Of a DNA stretch of 64,000 nucleotides, positions 8,219 to 17,018 are shown in pieces. Where the stretch lies: assembly GCA_036676985.1 (NCBI GenBank), contig JAKFBU010000039.1, positions 1-64,000 of the forward strand. The letters are read 5' to 3'. The DNA comes from Candidatus Sericytochromatia bacterium (GTDB lineage: Bacteria > Cyanobacteriota > Sericytochromatia > S15B-MN24 > UBA4093). A program made the translations under genes and the position numbers. Position 1 is the stretch's first letter, and each line of letters begins with the position of its first letter. The notes under the pieces are model-generated. The model was not told the DNA's origin, searched no databases, and saw only the letters and a program-made list of their open reading frames with translations.

Positions 8219-9886
8219 CTACTGGGCGTCCGCCTGGGTGACGAACCACTTGCGCCCCCGATCGTCGACCGCGCCGTTGAGCTGCTTCATGACGTGGTCG
8301 GCCACGTCGCTCCGCACGTCCACCAGCGAGTAGCGGGGCTGCAAGGTGATCGAGCCGATGGCGTCGCCCTTGATCTTGGCGCGATCGCAGATCATGCGCA
8401 CCAGGTAGCCGGGCACCATCCGGTCCGCCTTGCCCACGCTGAACCGCAGCCGGCACATGCCCGTCTCCTGCGACTTGGGCGTCCGCTCGCGCCCCACGCC
8501 GCGCGCGGGCTTCTCGCGCACCGGACGCTCCGGCGCCTCCATGGACATGGCCCTGGGAACGGCGATCTCGTAGCCGCCCGCCAGGCGGCCGGTGGAGCCC
8601 TCCACGTCCTGCAACAGGGCCGTCACGACGGCCGTCGGATCCAGGTTCTCGAGCAGCTCCCGGGCGAACTCGCCCAGGTCTCCGAACTCGGCGGCGTCGA
8701 TCCGGTACACCATGTCCTCGAAGAAGACCTGGCGCAGGCGCTTCTTGACCTCTTCGGCCTGGGGAATGGGCCGGAAGTCCGCCGTGAGCTTGGCGTCGCG
8801 CATGAGGCCGCGCACCTTGGGGCGATCGGCGGGCGTCACCAGGTTGAGGACGAGGCCCTCGTGGCCCGCCCGGCCCGTGCGGCCCGAGCGGTGGATGTAG
8901 GTCTCGACCCCGCGCGGGATGTCGTAGTTGAAGACGTGGGTGATGCCGCGGACGTCGATGCCGCGGGCCGCCACGTCGGTCGCGACGAGGAGCGTGATCT
9001 GGTGGCGCCGAAAGGACTCGAGGGTCGCCGAGCGGGTGGCCTGGGGCAGGTTGCCGTTGAGGTAGCCCACCTTGAAGCCCTCGTCCGAGAGCTTGCGCCA
9101 CAGGTCCTCGGTGTCCGCCTTGGTGTGGCAGAAGACCATGGCGAGCGGCGGACGCTCGGTGTGCAGGAGGTTGACCATGGCCTCGTACTTGGAGTCCTTG
9201 TGGACCTCGTAGAAGGCGTGCGTGAGGGTCGTCGAGGCCTCCATGCCCTTGCTCAGCTTGAGGCGCTCGGGGTTGCGCAGGGCCGCGCGGGCGATGCGCT
9301 CGATCTCCTCGGAGAGGGTCGCCGAGAACATGACGGTCTGGCGATCGCTCGGCAGCGCCTTCATGAGCTTCTCGAGGTCCTCCTGGAAGCCCATGTCGAG
9401 GATCTCGTCGGCCTCGTCCAGGACAAAGGTCTCGACGCCGGACAGGTCCAGGCTGCCCCGGTCCATGTGGTCGAGCAGGCGGCCGGGGGTGCCCACGACG
9501 ACCTGCACGCCCTGCCGGAGGCCGCGCAGCTGGTCGCCGTAGGGCATGCCGCCCGTGAGGGTGACGACCTTGAGGCCCTGGCTGCGGCCGAGCTTGGCGT
9601 AGACGGCCGCGACCTGGTTGGCGAGCTCGCGGGTGGGGGCGACGACCAGCACCTTCACGCCCCGCGCGTCCGGGCTCAGGTAGTGCAGGGTCGGCAGCGC
9701 GAAGGCGAGGGTCTTGCCCGAGCCGGTGCGGGACTGGACCATCAGGTCCCGTCCGTTGAGGACGAGCGGGATGGCGCTGGCCTGCACGTCGGTGGGCTGG
9801 GCGAAGCCCAGGGCGGTGAGGCTCTCCACCAGCTCGGGACGCAGCCCGAGATCGGCGAAGGAGGAAGGCGAATTCGTCGTTACCAT
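8219..9886 (-). CDS. deaD: DEAD-box RNA helicase with a C-terminal DbpA-type RNA-binding domain (DeaD/CsdA-like)
   Basis: Q motif, SRTGSGKT, PTRELA, TPGR, DEAD, SAT, ARGID and HRSGRTGRAG; C-terminal RLRFSVGKAD...IGSITL domain. Confidence 0.92.
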   Translation of the reverse strand: MVTTNSPSSFADLGLRPELVESLTALGFAQPTDVQASAIPLVLNGRDLMVQSRTGSGKTLAFALPTLHYLSPDARGVKVLVVAPTRELANQVAAVYAKLGRSQGLKVVTLTGGMPYGDQLRGLRQGVQVVVGTPGRLLDHMDRGSLDLSGVETFVLDEADEILDMGFQEDLEKLMKALPSDRQTVMFSATLSEEIERIARAALRNPERLKLSKGMEASTTLTHAFYEVHKDSKYEAMVNLLHTERPPLAMVFCHTKADTEDLWRKLSDEGFKVGYLNGNLPQATRSATLESFRRHQITLLVATDVAARGIDVRGITHVFNYDIPRGVETYIHRSGRTGRAGHEGLVLNLVTPADRPKVRGLMRDAKLTADFRPIPQAEEVKKRLRQVFFEDMVYRIDAAEFGDLGEFARELLENLDPTAVVTALLQDVEGSTGRLAGGYEIAVPRAMSMEAPERPVREKPARGVGRERTPKSQETGMCRLRFSVGKADRMVPGYLVRMICDRAKIKGDAIGSITLQPRYSLVDVRSDVADHVMKQLNGAVDDRGRKWFVTQADAQ

Positions 9887-9944
9887 GGGAAAATCCTTTG
9901 ATGAGGCCCGCTCGGGGCTCGGCTAACCGGTCTGTCACGCGAAA

Positions 9945-9986
9945 GGGCCCACGCTGCCAAAGCGTAGACCCCGACTACTTCAACAG
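9945..9986 (-). promoter_or_regulatory. second copy of the candidate leader RNA switch (deaD 5' UTR)
   Basis: Minus strand reads CTGTTGAAGTAGTCG-GGGTCTACGCT-TTGGC-AGCGTGGGCCC, matching the infA leader hairpin with two compensatory changes. Confidence 0.55.
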
Positions 9987-10021
9987 AAACTATGTGGCGA
10001 CACCGGTTCGCGGCTATACTG

Positions 10022-10051
10022 ACTGTAACACCGCCGTCCCCTCTGCGTAAA
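10022..10051 (-). promoter_or_regulatory. putative sigma70 promoter of deaD
   Basis: TTTACG, 18 bp, TACAGT with an extended TG (GTGTTACAGT); parallels the infA promoter. Confidence 0.5.
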
Positions 10052-10065
10052 GGCTTGCACCGCCC

Positions 10066-10494
10066 ATGCCCGACCTGCCAATCTCCCACGGCATCTGGAT
10101 TCCGGAGAGCGCGATCGCCTTTCGGGCCATCCGCTCGGCGGGTCCGGGCGGCCAGAACGTCAACAAGGTCGCGAGCAAGGTCGAGCTGCGGGTCGCCGTC
10201 GACCAGATCGTGGGCCTCTCGGCGGCCGCCCGCGCCCGCCTGCAGGAGCTGGCGGGCTGGCGCTGGCTCGACAGCGGCGAGCTGCTCGTGACGGCCTCCG
10301 AGACGCGCAACCAGCTCGAGAACCGCCAGATCGCCGAGGCCAAGATCGTCTCCCTGGTCCGGGAGTCCCTGGTGGCCCCCAAGGCCCGGCGCCCCACCAA
10401 GCCCACCAAGGCCTCCAAGGAGCGCCGGCTCACGGCCAAGCAGGGACGCTCGGAGCGCAAGCAGAACCGGGGCCGGGTCCGCGACCTGGACTGA
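10066..10494 (+). CDS. arfB: alternative ribosome rescue peptidyl-tRNA hydrolase ArfB (YaeJ)
   Basis: RSAGPGGQNVNKVASKVELR GGQ motif; basic tail RRPTKPTKASKERRL. Confidence 0.95.
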   Translation: MPDLPISHGIWIPESAIAFRAIRSAGPGGQNVNKVASKVELRVAVDQIVGLSAAARARLQELAGWRWLDSGELLVTASETRNQLENRQIAEAKIVSLVRESLVAPKARRPTKPTKASKERRLTAKQGRSERKQNRGRVRDLD

Positions 10495-10512
10495 CGGCGC
10501 AAGATCGGCCCA

Positions 10513-11310
10513 CTACCTCAAGGACCCCTCCTCGCAGGGGGGCCAGATCCCGGCGGGATCCTCCGCGACGATGGAGATAGGGCCCGGCACCGCCTCGGGC
10601 GTGAAGCTCGGGTGGACGCGGGTGTCCAGGAGGGCCTGGATGAGCCCGGGCGGGACCACGGACGTGGTGCCCAGTTGACCCTGCGCGAACAGCAGGAAGC
10701 TCAGGACCCGGTAGGCGTGGCAATCCTGCACGCGCCGCATGAAGTAGTCCCAGTCGAAGGCCGGGATGGGCTGGGCGACCATGGACAGGGCGTCGTACCA
10801 GTCCTTGGGCGTCTCCTCGCGAAAGGAGAGGATCTTGCGGAACAAGAGGTCCTCGGGGCCCATGACCTGAAAGGTGTGGCCGTTGACCCGGAAGGGCCGC
10901 GCGCGCTCGAAGGTCTCGGCATCCAGGCGGATGTTGCCCGTCGTCCACACGATGAGGTCGATGAGGACGTCGTGCTTGATAGCCTTGTAGAGCCAGGCTC
11001 CGTCGGTGTCCCGGGTGTGGAACCCGTGTCGGGCGAGCACGTTCAACGCCTTGTGCGGCAGCTCTGCCGGCAGGAAGATGTCCATGTCCTTGGTGCATCG
11101 CTTGCGGCCGTAGGCCCACAGGGCGACGCCGCCGCCGACCATGAAGGGGAAGCCCGCCGACTCCAGGATCGCGCACGCCTCCTGGCCGGTGGCCAGGATC
11201 TGCGCGGTGCCGGGACATGGCGGGATTTCGATCTGAGGGACGCCCTGGAGCAGGAGGACAGGATTCTCGTCCTCGCCCGCTCGACCGGATTCAGTGGCCA
11301 ACTTCTCCAT
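10513..11310 (-). CDS. nucleotidyltransferase superfamily protein
   Basis: FMVGGGVALWAYG..R.TKDMDIFL (G...DxD); GPEDLLFRK; start at ATG 11310 is approximate. Confidence 0.75.
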   Translation of the reverse strand: MEKLATESGRAGEDENPVLLLQGVPQIEIPPCPGTAQILATGQEACAILESAGFPFMVGGGVALWAYGRKRCTKDMDIFLPAELPHKALNVLARHGFHTRDTDGAWLYKAIKHDVLIDLIVWTTGNIRLDAETFERARPFRVNGHTFQVMGPEDLLFRKILSFREETPKDWYDALSMVAQPIPAFDWDYFMRRVQDCHAYRVLSFLLFAQGQLGTTSVVPPGLIQALLDTRVHPSFTPEAVPGPISIVAEDPAGIWPPCEEGSLR

Positions 11311-11423
11311 CGAAGCCCGACCTTTCTGCATAACGCTGCGGGGCGCCGAAGGCCGCGGCGCCTGCGGGCGTCTGCGGCCAACGTCAAGAAATGTAACAAA
11401 ACGCAACGGTAGCACGGGCGTGT

Positions 11424-11457
11424 CGGGGCCGCAAGCCACGATTGGCTTGCGGCCCCG
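11424..11457. other. perfect GC-rich inverted repeat in a divergent intergenic region
   Basis: CGGGGCCGCAAGCC-ACGATT-GGCTTGCGGCCCCG. Confidence 0.5.
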
Positions 11458-11571
11458 TCGCCGCTAACAAATTGTTGCAATCCGGCCCCTTCGGGCAGCC
11501 GGACGCTATGCTGGTCTGATCAGGGTCGCGATCGGCCCGGGACGGCGTTCGAACGAGGTAGGTTGGCGGGC

Positions 11572-12813
11572 ATGAAGCGGTTTGGGTTTCGCGGCATCGG
11601 AGCGCACGTGCTCACCATGCCCGAAGCGGTCGAGGTCCAGATCGTCGTCGACGCCCCGCGCGTGAGCTGGGGCGATCGCCTCTACCTCGCCTCCAACCTG
11701 AACGGCTGGCACCCGCGCCAGGAGCGCGCCGTCTTCAAGCGGCTCGGCCAGACCCGCTTCATCCTGCTGCTCTTGATCCCCAAGGGCACGGTCCTGGAGT
11801 TCAAGATCACGCGCGGCCGCTGGGATCGCGTCGAGGTGGGCACGGGCGGCTCGGCCCTCCCCAACCGCCGCTACAAGATCACCGAACCCTGCCGGATCGA
11901 CGTGGAGGTGGCGGACTGGCAGGACCGCTACCCGCGCCTGATGCGCAGGCCCACCACTGTCGGAGACGTGCGATCGCTCGGTGAGTTCGAGATCCCCTTG
12001 CTGGATCGCAAGCGCCAGGTCTTCGTCTACCTGCCGCCCGGCTACGAGGCCGATTCGAAGCGCCGCTACCCGGTCATGTACATGTACGACGGGCAGAACC
12101 TCTTCGACGAGGCCACGTCCTTCAGCGGCGAGTGGCAGGTCGACGAGACCTGTGAACGCCTCATCCGGGCGGGCGTGCTGCCGCCGCTCATCGTGGTGGG
12201 CATCTACAACGGCGAGGCGGACCGCCTGCACGAGCAGTCCCCGTGGCCCAACCCGTACTACGACGTGCTCGGCGAGGGGCGGATCTTCACGGAGTGGATC
12301 GCGACGGGCCTCAAGCGCGAGATCGACGCGTGCCTGCGCACCCTGCCCGGTCCGGAGCACACGGGCATCGGCGGCTCCTCGATGGGCGGGCTGTCTTCCC
12401 TCTACGCCGCCTTTCGGTTTCCGGAGGTCTTCGGGCGCGTGCTCGCCATGTCGTCCGCGTTCTGGTTCAACAAGCGCCGCATCTACCCGTACATCCAGCA
12501 CCGCGGCAAGACGGCCGGCCAGCGCATCTACCTGGATTGCGGGCACTACGAGGAGCACGGCCGCAACCGCCTGGGCCCCCTGCGCCAGTCGCGCGAGATG
12601 GCCGACGTCCTGCGCAAGCTCGGCTACACGGACGGCGAGGACCTGCTCTGGGTGGAAGACCCGTACGGGCAGCACAGCGAGGCGGACTGGGCGCGGCGGT
12701 TGCCGCGGGCGCTCAAGTTCCTCTGGGGCGATGGGCCCCGGGATCTGGCCCCGTCCCCCTTGCCGCTGCCGCACCCGTGGAACGAGTACCCTCGGAAGGC
12801 GAGCGGGCAGTAG
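11572..12813 (+). CDS. alpha/beta-hydrolase esterase with an N-terminal CBM20-like domain
   Basis: LYLASNLNGW...EFKITRGRWDRVE; VYLPPGY, YMYDGQNLF, GGSSMGG nucleophile elbow, HSEADWARR. Confidence 0.85.
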   Translation: MKRFGFRGIGAHVLTMPEAVEVQIVVDAPRVSWGDRLYLASNLNGWHPRQERAVFKRLGQTRFILLLLIPKGTVLEFKITRGRWDRVEVGTGGSALPNRRYKITEPCRIDVEVADWQDRYPRLMRRPTTVGDVRSLGEFEIPLLDRKRQVFVYLPPGYEADSKRRYPVMYMYDGQNLFDEATSFSGEWQVDETCERLIRAGVLPPLIVVGIYNGEADRLHEQSPWPNPYYDVLGEGRIFTEWIATGLKREIDACLRTLPGPEHTGIGGSSMGGLSSLYAAFRFPEVFGRVLAMSSAFWFNKRRIYPYIQHRGKTAGQRIYLDCGHYEEHGRNRLGPLRQSREMADVLRKLGYTDGEDLLWVEDPYGQHSEADWARRLPRALKFLWGDGPRDLAPSPLPLPHPWNEYPRKASGQ

Positions 12814-12816
12814 GCC

Positions 12817-13929
12817 TTATCGCTCGGCCGTCATCGTCGCGGGTCCGGCCTCGACCCACACGGGGTTGGTGAGGGCCACCATGGGCCGAAAGACGCTCGC
12901 GTCGTTGCGCAGCTCGGCCCGCACGAAGCTCGTCCCAGGCCTGAAGCGGCTCGTGAGCGCGTAGGTCGCGTCGGCGCGATCCACGCGACGCCGCGCGATG
13001 AGGCCCTCGGGACCCATCAAGGAGAGCACGTGCCCCTTGCCGCCGCGGATGCGCACGCGCACCGTCGCCTCGTGGGCGGATGAGAGCGTGAGGGTCTCGC
13101 CGATCCGGGCGCCGTCGACGGCCAGGTCCAGACGCGCGGCCTGAGGGTCGGCCGTCACCACGACCCGCCCCTGGCGGATCCCCTCGACCACGGCCTCGGC
13201 CGAGGTGTCCTTGGCCCAGACCAGGTTCACGGGGCGGTCGAGGCCGCTCATGGCATGCCCGTGGTAGTCCCCACCCCCCACGGCCGTGAGGCGGCGGCCC
13301 GTCACGAGCGCCGCGTGCCACCAGTCGAGCGCCTGCTGGTTGCCCATGAAGGGGGTGTTCCAGTAGTTGTTCCACACTTCGACGCCGCCGACGCCCTCCT
13401 CGAGCTGTTTCGAGCGCCATGTCAGGTTCATGAGGAAGGGGTGGTTCACGATGGCGACCCCGCGCCGGGCGTTGGCCTGCTCGAGCATGCGCTCGACGGG
13501 CAGGGCGCCCTTGATGGGGCGGCCGCCCTCCAGGCCGATGAGGCCCGCATGACCTCGATCCGAGCTCCACTCCTCGCCGCCGATGAGGGTGACGGGCTGG
13601 GGCTCGTGGAAGGCCGGGTCGTAGTGGTAGTTCACGGAGTTGTGGTCGGTGAGGACGACGGCCTCGATGCCCTCGCGGGCCGCCGCATGGGCGAGCTCCG
13701 GGATGGTGAGGTGGCTGTCGTGGCTCTCCTTGGTGTGGTTGTGGTTGGAGACCACGACCCAGCGGCCGTCGGCTGGCGGCTCGAGAGGGGTCTCGTGGGC
13801 CACGAGCATCGCCTGGGGCCGGGCGCTCAGGGCGCCGTGGGCGGGGCCGAGGAGCAGCGGCACGGCGAGGCCCATGGCGAGGAGGAGGGGCTTTCGGCGG
13901 AGGCGGGTTTTGAGGGGCTGTTCTGGCAT
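12817..13929 (-). CDS. PHP-domain metallohydrolase (CehA/McbA-like), probably exported
   Basis: HNHTKESHD, LTDHN, GEEW...GHAG, NHP, EVWN and GGGDYH; N-terminal signal-like segment. Confidence 0.85.
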   Translation of the reverse strand: MPEQPLKTRLRRKPLLLAMGLAVPLLLGPAHGALSARPQAMLVAHETPLEPPADGRWVVVSNHNHTKESHDSHLTIPELAHAAAREGIEAVVLTDHNSVNYHYDPAFHEPQPVTLIGGEEWSSDRGHAGLIGLEGGRPIKGALPVERMLEQANARRGVAIVNHPFLMNLTWRSKQLEEGVGGVEVWNNYWNTPFMGNQQALDWWHAALVTGRRLTAVGGGDYHGHAMSGLDRPVNLVWAKDTSAEAVVEGIRQGRVVVTADPQAARLDLAVDGARIGETLTLSSAHEATVRVRIRGGKGHVLSLMGPEGLIARRRVDRADATYALTSRFRPGTSFVRAELRNDASVFRPMVALTNPVWVEAGPATMTAER

Positions 13930-14017
13930 GGCGAGGCATTCCTACCCGCGGGGGGCAGGGGCTACACCAGGCGAGCTGGGGAAATGTCCTGCCGGAATGC
14001 GGCTTTGCGCGGAGTGG

Positions 14018-14303
14018 TCATGCACTGAAGGAATCGTTCGTTCCTTCGAGAGCCTCAGGACGAACGGTGGGTTGTGGGGGCGCGCTGAAGGGCGTGCTCT
14101 CTTAGTCTTCATGCACTGAAGGAACCGTTCATCCTTCGACTCGCTCAGGACGAACGGATGGTTGTGGGTGGCTCGAGCGGTATGCCCCTTGAACTGAGCT
14201 GCGATCCCTTGAGGTCAACAATAAAACCGTTCACCCTGAGCGAGTCGAAGGGCGAACGGTTCCTTCAGTGCATGAAGACCACGAGAGCACGCCCTTCAGC
14301 GCG
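14018..14303. repeat. cluster of 3 REP-like palindromic units (family A) forming a long inverted repeat
   Basis: Unit TCATGCACTGAAGGAACCGTTC..CCTTCGA...CTCAGGACGAACGG at 14018 and 14109, inverted at 14226-14274; 14081-14157 is near-complementary to 14227-14303. Confidence 0.85.
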
Positions 14304-15387
14304 TCTCCACCCCGCGTTCCGGCACATCGACGAGCCCCACCTGCTGCGCATGCTGCGGTGAGGGGTGCGCCGAGCCGCCGAACTCGTTGTTCTTCATGGC
14401 CGCGTCGTTCATGGCCTGCGTCAGGCGCGAGGGGGAGAACCGCGTCGCCAGCTCCATGCCGCGCCTCAGCTCGCTATGCTCCACGGGCCCCGGCAGGAAC
14501 CGGTTGGCCAGGGCCAAGGCAGCCGATGTCACGTTCGGGAAGAGATCGTTCACGAGCCCCAGGATCTTCGCCCGACCGGTCAAGGTCAGCTCCAGGTCCC
14601 CCCGCCGCGCGGCCTCCACGATGCAGCGCGCCGCCTGGTCCGCGTCGATGGTGACCCACGGCAACGAGTCCGCGATGCTGAACCACGTGTACTCCGCCGC
14701 CTGCTGTCCCTTGAAGAGGGCGTTGACCGGCGAACCCGTGCGCATGAGCCCCGGCACCACCGTCGTCACGACGATTCCCTCGCGCGCCAGCTCCACCCGC
14801 AGACCGCGCGAGAAGCCGCGGAAGGCGAACTTGGCGGCGTCGTAGGGCAAGAGGTGCGGCGCCGGCACCCGCCCGCCGATGGAGGTGATGTTGACGATCC
14901 GCCCCTGGCGCCGCTCCCGCATCTGGGGCAGCACCGCGAGCGTGACGTACATCGCCCCCATGAAGTTGTTGGCCATGGCCGACTCGAAGTCCTCGGGGGA
15001 CATGACGGTGAGCGGGCCCACCTGGATGATGCCCGCGTTGTTGACCAGCACGTCGATCCGGCCGTAGCGCTCCGTGGCGGCCCCCACCATGCGCGCGACC
15101 TGCTCCTTGTCGGAGATGTCGCAGGGCACGGCGAACACCTCCGCGCCGAGCCCCTCGAGGTCCAGCCGGGCCCGATCGAGCTCGAGGGCGTCCCGCGCGC
15201 AGATGACGAGCCGACAGCCCAGGCGCGCGAACTCGCGGGAAAGGACCAGCCCCAATCCCCGCGATCCGCCCGTGATGAGGACGACCTGGCCGCGCATGAC
15301 GGCCAAGGGCCGTTGCGCGAGCGCCCGGTACCCGAGGTACGCCAGGCCTGCCGCCAAGAGCGCCGTGCGCCGCCACCGTCTTGCCAT
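14296..15387 (-). CDS. short-chain dehydrogenase/reductase
   Basis: TGGSRGLG, VNNAG, YDAAKF; AGGAGG RBS. Confidence 0.92.
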   Translation of the reverse strand: MARRWRRTALLAAGLAYLGYRALAQRPLAVMRGQVVLITGGSRGLGLVLSREFARLGCRLVICARDALELDRARLDLEGLGAEVFAVPCDISDKEQVARMVGAATERYGRIDVLVNNAGIIQVGPLTVMSPEDFESAMANNFMGAMYVTLAVLPQMRERRQGRIVNITSIGGRVPAPHLLPYDAAKFAFRGFSRGLRVELAREGIVVTTVVPGLMRTGSPVNALFKGQQAAEYTWFSIADSLPWVTIDADQAARCIVEAARRGDLELTLTGRAKILGLVNDLFPNVTSAALALANRFLPGPVEHSELRRGMELATRFSPSRLTQAMNDAAMKNNEFGGSAHPSPQHAQQVGLVDVPERGVETR

Positions 15388-15461
15388 GGGGACCTCCTTG
15401 CCGACCCGTCGCCCCTTGATGGTGGCATCGCCGCCGAGGGCTGTCACGAGTCAGGCGGAGG

Positions 15462-16895
15462 TCAGCTCAGGAGGGACTTCTTCTGCTGCTCCAGGAGGTC
15501 GATGACGAAGTCCTTGAGGTCCTGCTCGGTCTCCAGGCGCGACATCTCCGTGACGGCGAGCGTCACGAACTTCTCGGCCGCCTCGTTGATGAGGGCCGTG
15601 TGCTCAGGATCCTGGACCGCGCTCAGCATGGCCCGCTGCGTGCCCGCGAGGACCTCCGAGACCAGATCCGGCAAGTGGCGCTCCACAGCCTCGCCGATGA
15701 ACGGCAAGCGCCGGAGGTTCTGGTAGCTCGGGCTCTCGGCGACGGCCTGCTGGACCGAGTAGGTGAGGATGGCCTGCAGCTCGGGGCCCATCTGCGGCAG
15801 CACGCGGCACACGATGGCCTCCACGTGCTCGTTGGCCGACTGGCGCAGCATGTCCTTCTGCGTCGGGGTGAGGTTGCTGACGGACTTCATGAGGTCGAAA
15901 CGCTGGATGGAGGCCTGGTAGTTGCTCAAGAGGCGCACGCTGACCAGGTCCGTGACGAGGTCCACAACCCGGCTGACGTAGCGCTGCGGGAAGGCGATCG
16001 GGTTGACCAGGCCCAGCCGGCGCATGCGATGGCCCACCGAGATACAGCGCACCAGGTGCATCCAGCCCGTCTGCCCGAGCGGGATCAGGTAGCCGCCGAC
16101 GGGCAGGAAGTAGACCAGGTCGTACCAGCGGGCGAAGCAGAAGGCCTTCCAGCTGGGATAGACGGCATGCCGCACGCTCCAGGCGCCGCGAAGCAGGAAC
16201 TCGAAGGCGAAGAGCGGCACGAAGCAGAGGTCGAGGAGCCAGAAGGCGTCGAACGGCCGCCCGTTCTCCCCGATGCCCCTGAAGTAGTTGCGGTGCAAGA
16301 GGGGCCGGATCTCTTTTTCGAAGAAGGCCCGCTCGAGGCTGATGCGATCGGGTGCCAGGGTCTCGAAAGTCCAGAAGCGCTGGAAGGCGTGCTTGGACGA
16401 CTCGAGGTGCGTATGGCGGCGCATGCGGTTCTTGATCTGCTCGAAGACCCCGCTGTTGCGCGTCCCCACGAAGGGCGCCTCTTCGTAGAGCTGGAGGCTC
16501 AGGGCGCGCATCTCGGCGAGCCGCGCGGCGGTGCGCGGCGATTTGCCCTCCTGGCGCACCATGGTGAAGGTGTCTTCGGCCCGCGCGAGGTAGGCCTCGG
16601 TAGTGCGATGAGGCGCCACGCCCTTGACCGGATCGTAGAGCGTCACGAGGCTCGGGGCCAGGTTCAGGTAGTGGTGGCGGATCTCCAGGTACGTGAAGTC
16701 GAAGATCACCAGGAGGAGGTTGGAGAGGGCCAGCATGAGCATGGTCCAGTTGACGGCGACGTCGCCCAGCCAGAGCAAGCGCCCCCGAAAGCTCGTCGGC
16801 ATGGGGGTGGGCTCGCCCTCGCGCCCGGGAAACAGGGTGCGGACGATTCTCTTGGTCCATTCGACGGGCAACGGCGGGCTATTTTCGAGCGACAT
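15462..16895 (-). CDS. conserved membrane protein of cyanobacterial type with an ion-transport-like TM segment
   Basis: LVIFDFTY...YDPVKGVAPHR...IKNRMR...NYFRGIGENG.PFD.FWLLDL.F...EFLLR...RWYD; GGAGG RBS. Confidence 0.7.
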   Translation of the reverse strand: MSLENSPPLPVEWTKRIVRTLFPGREGEPTPMPTSFRGRLLWLGDVAVNWTMLMLALSNLLLVIFDFTYLEIRHHYLNLAPSLVTLYDPVKGVAPHRTTEAYLARAEDTFTMVRQEGKSPRTAARLAEMRALSLQLYEEAPFVGTRNSGVFEQIKNRMRRHTHLESSKHAFQRFWTFETLAPDRISLERAFFEKEIRPLLHRNYFRGIGENGRPFDAFWLLDLCFVPLFAFEFLLRGAWSVRHAVYPSWKAFCFARWYDLVYFLPVGGYLIPLGQTGWMHLVRCISVGHRMRRLGLVNPIAFPQRYVSRVVDLVTDLVSVRLLSNYQASIQRFDLMKSVSNLTPTQKDMLRQSANEHVEAIVCRVLPQMGPELQAILTYSVQQAVAESPSYQNLRRLPFIGEAVERHLPDLVSEVLAGTQRAMLSAVQDPEHTALINEAAEKFVTLAVTEMSRLETEQDLKDFVIDLLEQQKKSLLS

Positions 16896-17018
16896 GGCCA
16901 CCTCCACTAGGAGGTATTGTGCCCCAATCGGGAGCATTGGCACCCCCCCGAACATATGCGGGCCCGCCGTGGTACAACCCATGCGTCGGTTGCTCCCTTT
17001 CCGCACCAGGGGGTGAGA

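Noticed and set aside
14018-14303. Possible CRISPR array
   Set aside because: Units are ~50 bp, imperfect, one is inverted, copies are dispersed elsewhere in the window, and no cas genes are present; this is REP-like.
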